DNA of 63,092 nucleotides, counting the filler. It is 5 parts of 5 records of this genome, joined end to end, with 100 filler letters (N's around TTAATTAATTAA, not from the genome) between each part and the next. Parts side by side here need not be neighbours in the genome. Positions count along the whole stretch, not along the records: positions 50,762 to 63,092 come from DRR378314_465; 4 more parts are not named here. One strand, 5' to 3'. Each line of letters starts with the position of its first letter. Positions within the stretch are counted from its first letter, which is position 1. Of this stretch, positions 60,338 to 63,092 are shown piece by piece. The notes below the pieces were generated by a model, which made no database searches, was not told the DNA's origin, and worked only from the letters and a program-made list of their open reading frames with translations. The translations under genes were made by a program, and so were the position numbers.

Positions 60338-60919
60338 ATGAGCAATATTTTAATTATTAATGGTCACCAATATTACCCTTTTTCAGAAGGTAAGCTAAAC
60401 GCTACGCTAGTAGAAAAAGCAGTTTCTATATTAGAGGCAAAAGGCCACAAAACTCGCGTAGTTACGACCTTAGAAGAGATTAATGTTGAGAAAGAACTTG
60501 AAAATCATCAATGGGCTGACATCGTTATTCTTCAAACCCCGGTAAACTGGATGGGTGTTACTTGGTCATTCAAAAAATACATGGATGAAGTTTATACAGC
60601 GGGTATGGGTGGTGCATTATGTGTTGGTGATGGTCGTGACGCATCTGCACCTAAAAAGAACTATGGCATGGGTGGCACACTAACTAATACAAAATACATG
60701 ATGTCTCTAACGTTAAATGCGCCAGAAGAAGCGTTTAATGATGAAAACGAATTCTTCGATGGAAAATCAATTGATGACCTATTATTCCCTATGCATATGA
60801 ACTTCAAGTTTTTTGGTATGAAGCCTATGGAAACATTTGCATGCTTTGACGTGATGAAAAATGCCGATGTTGAAAGCGACTTCAAACGTTTTGAAGCTCA
60901 CATTACCAAGCATTTTTAA
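60338..60919 (+). CDS. MdaB-like NAD(P)H:quinone oxidoreductase (flavodoxin-2)
   Basis: ILIINGH, QTPVNWMG..FKKYMDEV, YMMSLTLNAP, CFDVMKN. Confidence 0.9.
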   Translation: MSNILIINGHQYYPFSEGKLNATLVEKAVSILEAKGHKTRVVTTLEEINVEKELENHQWADIVILQTPVNWMGVTWSFKKYMDEVYTAGMGGALCVGDGRDASAPKKNYGMGGTLTNTKYMMSLTLNAPEEAFNDENEFFDGKSIDDLLFPMHMNFKFFGMKPMETFACFDVMKNADVESDFKRFEAHITKHF

Positions 60920-60928
60920 GGGACAGTT

Positions 60929-61471
60929 ATGAGCGTTGAATATACTACTAAATTACACGCGGGTACTGACTTCCCTGTAATTGAAGCAAAGCTATTAAAT
61001 GGTGATATTAAAAAACTTTCTACTCCTGAAAATGGTTTGGATTGGAAGATGGTTGTTGTTTACAGAGGCCAACATTGCCCTCTTTGTACACGATACCTGA
61101 ACCAATTAGGAAACGCGAAAGACTTACTTGCTCAAACAGGCGTAGATTTGATCGCCGTTTCTGGTGACAGTAAAGAGCAACTCGAAAGTCATATGGAAAG
61201 ACTTAATGTGACTTTCCCTATTGCATACGGCCTTACCCTTGAACAAATGGAAGAGCTTGGGTTGTATATATCAGATCCAAGGTCCCTAGAAGAAACCGAT
61301 CATCCATTTGCTGAACCGGGGCTATTTGTAGTCAATAGTGAAGGAAAAGTTCACGTAGCAGACATTTCTAACAATCCGTTTGTAAGACCTGAACTTCAGT
61401 CTCTAATTAGTGGCTTAGCTTGGATACGAAACCCTGATAACAACTACCCCATTCGTGGTATGCATAAATAG
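60929..61471 (+). CDS. Peroxiredoxin-like AhpC/TSA protein
   Basis: VVYRGQHCPLC; FAEPGLF; YPIRG. Confidence 0.88.
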   Translation: MSVEYTTKLHAGTDFPVIEAKLLNGDIKKLSTPENGLDWKMVVVYRGQHCPLCTRYLNQLGNAKDLLAQTGVDLIAVSGDSKEQLESHMERLNVTFPIAYGLTLEQMEELGLYISDPRSLEETDHPFAEPGLFVVNSEGKVHVADISNNPFVRPELQSLISGLAWIRNPDNNYPIRGMHK

Positions 61472-61479
61472 GAGCTACT

Positions 61480-61842
61480 ATGAAAAAGGTTGTATTGACT
61501 GCTGTTATTTCAGCCCTATTACTTGGAAACGCATTTGCAGATGACACAATAGTCGAACCTGCGCACATCGCATCTCCAAAACAATATGAACTTCTTCTTG
61601 TGAACGAACAAGTTACGGTGCTTAAGATGACACTTAAACCAGGAGAACAAGATAATTGGCATAAGCACAATGCTGAGACTGTTTACTTCGAAAAAGGTGG
61701 CAAGGCAACGATAATAACGAGTGAAAAAGACATGATTTTGGAGCTCCCGGATGGCTACGTGATGTGGCATGACCAATGGGAACACCAAGTTAAAAATGTT
61801 GGTAACAAAACAATCACTGCAATTATCGTAGAGAAGAAATAA
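61480..61842 (+). CDS. Secreted cupin-domain protein
   Basis: Signal peptide; LKPGEQDNWHKH..EHQVKNVG. Confidence 0.82.
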   Translation: MKKVVLTAVISALLLGNAFADDTIVEPAHIASPKQYELLLVNEQVTVLKMTLKPGEQDNWHKHNAETVYFEKGGKATIITSEKDMILELPDGYVMWHDQWEHQVKNVGNKTITAIIVEKK

Positions 61843-61962
61843 TGATGTCAAAGACCCAAACTAACGATTGAAATCGTTTCTGGTGTGGTATGTCCTTGGA
61901 GTGTAATTGGCTATAGTCGCTTAAAAGCAGCATTAGCCAATTGCCTTGCCCTGAATCTTTAG
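61842..61962 (+). pseudogene. FrnE/DsbA-family remnant
   Basis: After a frameshift at the start: KLTIEIVSGVVCPWSVIGYSRLKAAL (family pattern IDIVSDVVCPWC.IG..RL), then an early stop. Confidence 0.75.
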
Positions 61963-62161
61963 TCACTCTATAGCATTGAATTAGATCGATTGGGACAGTT
62001 TGGTTTCAATTCTAATGGGCAGAAACAATTTAATCATGAATAACTGCTTATGGCACACAGCCCCCCTCTAACGCGTTTTTGTCCAAAAACAAGTTTACCC
62101 GACCATCTGCATGCTTTAAGCCTAAATACTGTGAATTGCAGTGGAGTTTGTTAGGTTGTAT

Positions 62162-62758
62162 TTATCCTATTAAAAACAGTGAATAAACGAACAACCAAAG
62201 TATTTGAGAGCCATAACTAAGTCTTTGATATAAGCCTGGAACGGTTTTTAATTTGAATGCTTGGGTTAATTTATAAGAAAAATAAAAGCAGCACAGCAGA
62301 CAAACCGCTGAAATAAAACGCAGTAGCAACGGGTAAGAGCTTGAAAAAATAACGATTTTAGGCGCTATGATGAATGAAACTAGTAGTATTAGCCCTGACC
62401 AAGAATGGATTTTACAACTTTGCGAAGGTGAATTTGTATATGCATCAGCATCCATAGGAAACCAGCCACAGACCCACGTGCATATAGCATGTATGACAAC
62501 CATTACACCTATTGCTACTGTAGGCAGGTGTGATTGGTATTCGATGATTAAGTAACAACCAAAAACAGCGAACAACGCCCCTAAAGGGTAATTATTTATT
62601 AATGGCGACAGTTTTTGAGTGGGGCTGCCAAAAGCACCTAGCTCACTACAAAACTGCTTTGCGTGACTGTAGTTAGGATAAAACCTCGAGGCAATATATA
62701 TACCTAAGATAATCCATACAGATGCGATGATCCCTGTATAAGCTAAAGTAGAGTCCAA
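62162..62758 (-). CDS. DUF998-family membrane protein
   Basis: YPNYSHAKQFCSELGAFGSP, FPMD, IHSWSG, GLYQRL. Confidence 0.85.
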   Translation of the reverse strand: MDSTLAYTGIIASVWIILGIYIASRFYPNYSHAKQFCSELGAFGSPTQKLSPLINNYPLGALFAVFGCYLIIEYQSHLPTVAIGVMVVIHAICTWVCGWFPMDADAYTNSPSQSCKIHSWSGLILLVSFIIAPKIVIFSSSYPLLLRFISAVCLLCCFYFSYKLTQAFKLKTVPGLYQRLSYGSQILWLFVYSLFLIG

Positions 62759-62881
62759 ATTTAATTCCTTTTAAAAGATTGGCGTCGTGGTCTTAAGTGA
62801 AATACCGTTAGTTCAAGTCACTGATAGAATAACAAATATCTTTAACTTTGCCTTTGATTAAAGCGTATTAATAGTAGCTGT

Positions 62882-63061
62882 TTAAAATATGTCTAATCCC
62901 GGTATAGCCGCTTTGCTAGGATGCATGCAATGATACAAATATATTGCAAGCCCAACATCTCCTGTCCATAAAGTATATCGCCCTTGCCAATAATGCAAAC
63001 GAGCTGTACGGCATTGCTCAATAGCATGCATTGCGAATTTTTTTGCTCTTTCAAGCCATAC
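62882..63061 (-). pseudogene. LanC-like protein C-terminal remnant
   Basis: WLERAKKFAMHAIEQ..RYTLWTGDVGLAIYL..PGLDIF*; in-frame TAG at 63073-63071 immediately upstream. Confidence 0.7.
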
Positions 63062-63092
63062 AAAAATAAACTAGACAGCCACTTTAATTGAG

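Overview
The window is not one locus. It is five unrelated contigs joined by 100-nt N spacers containing TTAATTAATTAA (8440-8539, 23451-23550, 31494-31593, 50662-50761). (1) 1-8439, Pseudoalteromonas-like: flgA'-flgM-flgN, flgP/flgT, oxyR with a peroxiredoxin-glutaredoxin and a disulfide reductase, and an AT-rich two-gene HNH islet at tRNA-Arg(CCT). (2) 8540-23450, an intron-rich eukaryote (probably a protist): DEK-C/SWIB/UIM protein, ELP6-like, COX14-like, mitochondrial ferredoxin, mitochondrial bL34 and a WD40 protein. Most six-frame ORFs here are spurious. (3) 23551-31493, Rhodobacteraceae-like: decayed tniQ/tniB, fused IS3 and IS5 fragments, and small cargo modules separated by a degenerate palindromic repeat. 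(4) 31594-50661, Halomonas-like core genes (mscK, pldA, yqjDEK, RND pump, potFGHI, ahpCF). (5) 50762-63092, Pseudoalteromonas-like: TonB receptor, bfr pair and bfd, then an array of integron gene cassettes with 5-6 attC sites and no integrase on the contig, then a redox module and pseudogene debris. The best candidates for new biology are the cassette array (especially its coupled two-gene cassette and an 18-bp motif abutting two attC crossover points), the HNH islet, and the module-flanking repeats of contig 3. Taxonomic and family assignments come from motif recognition, not database searches.
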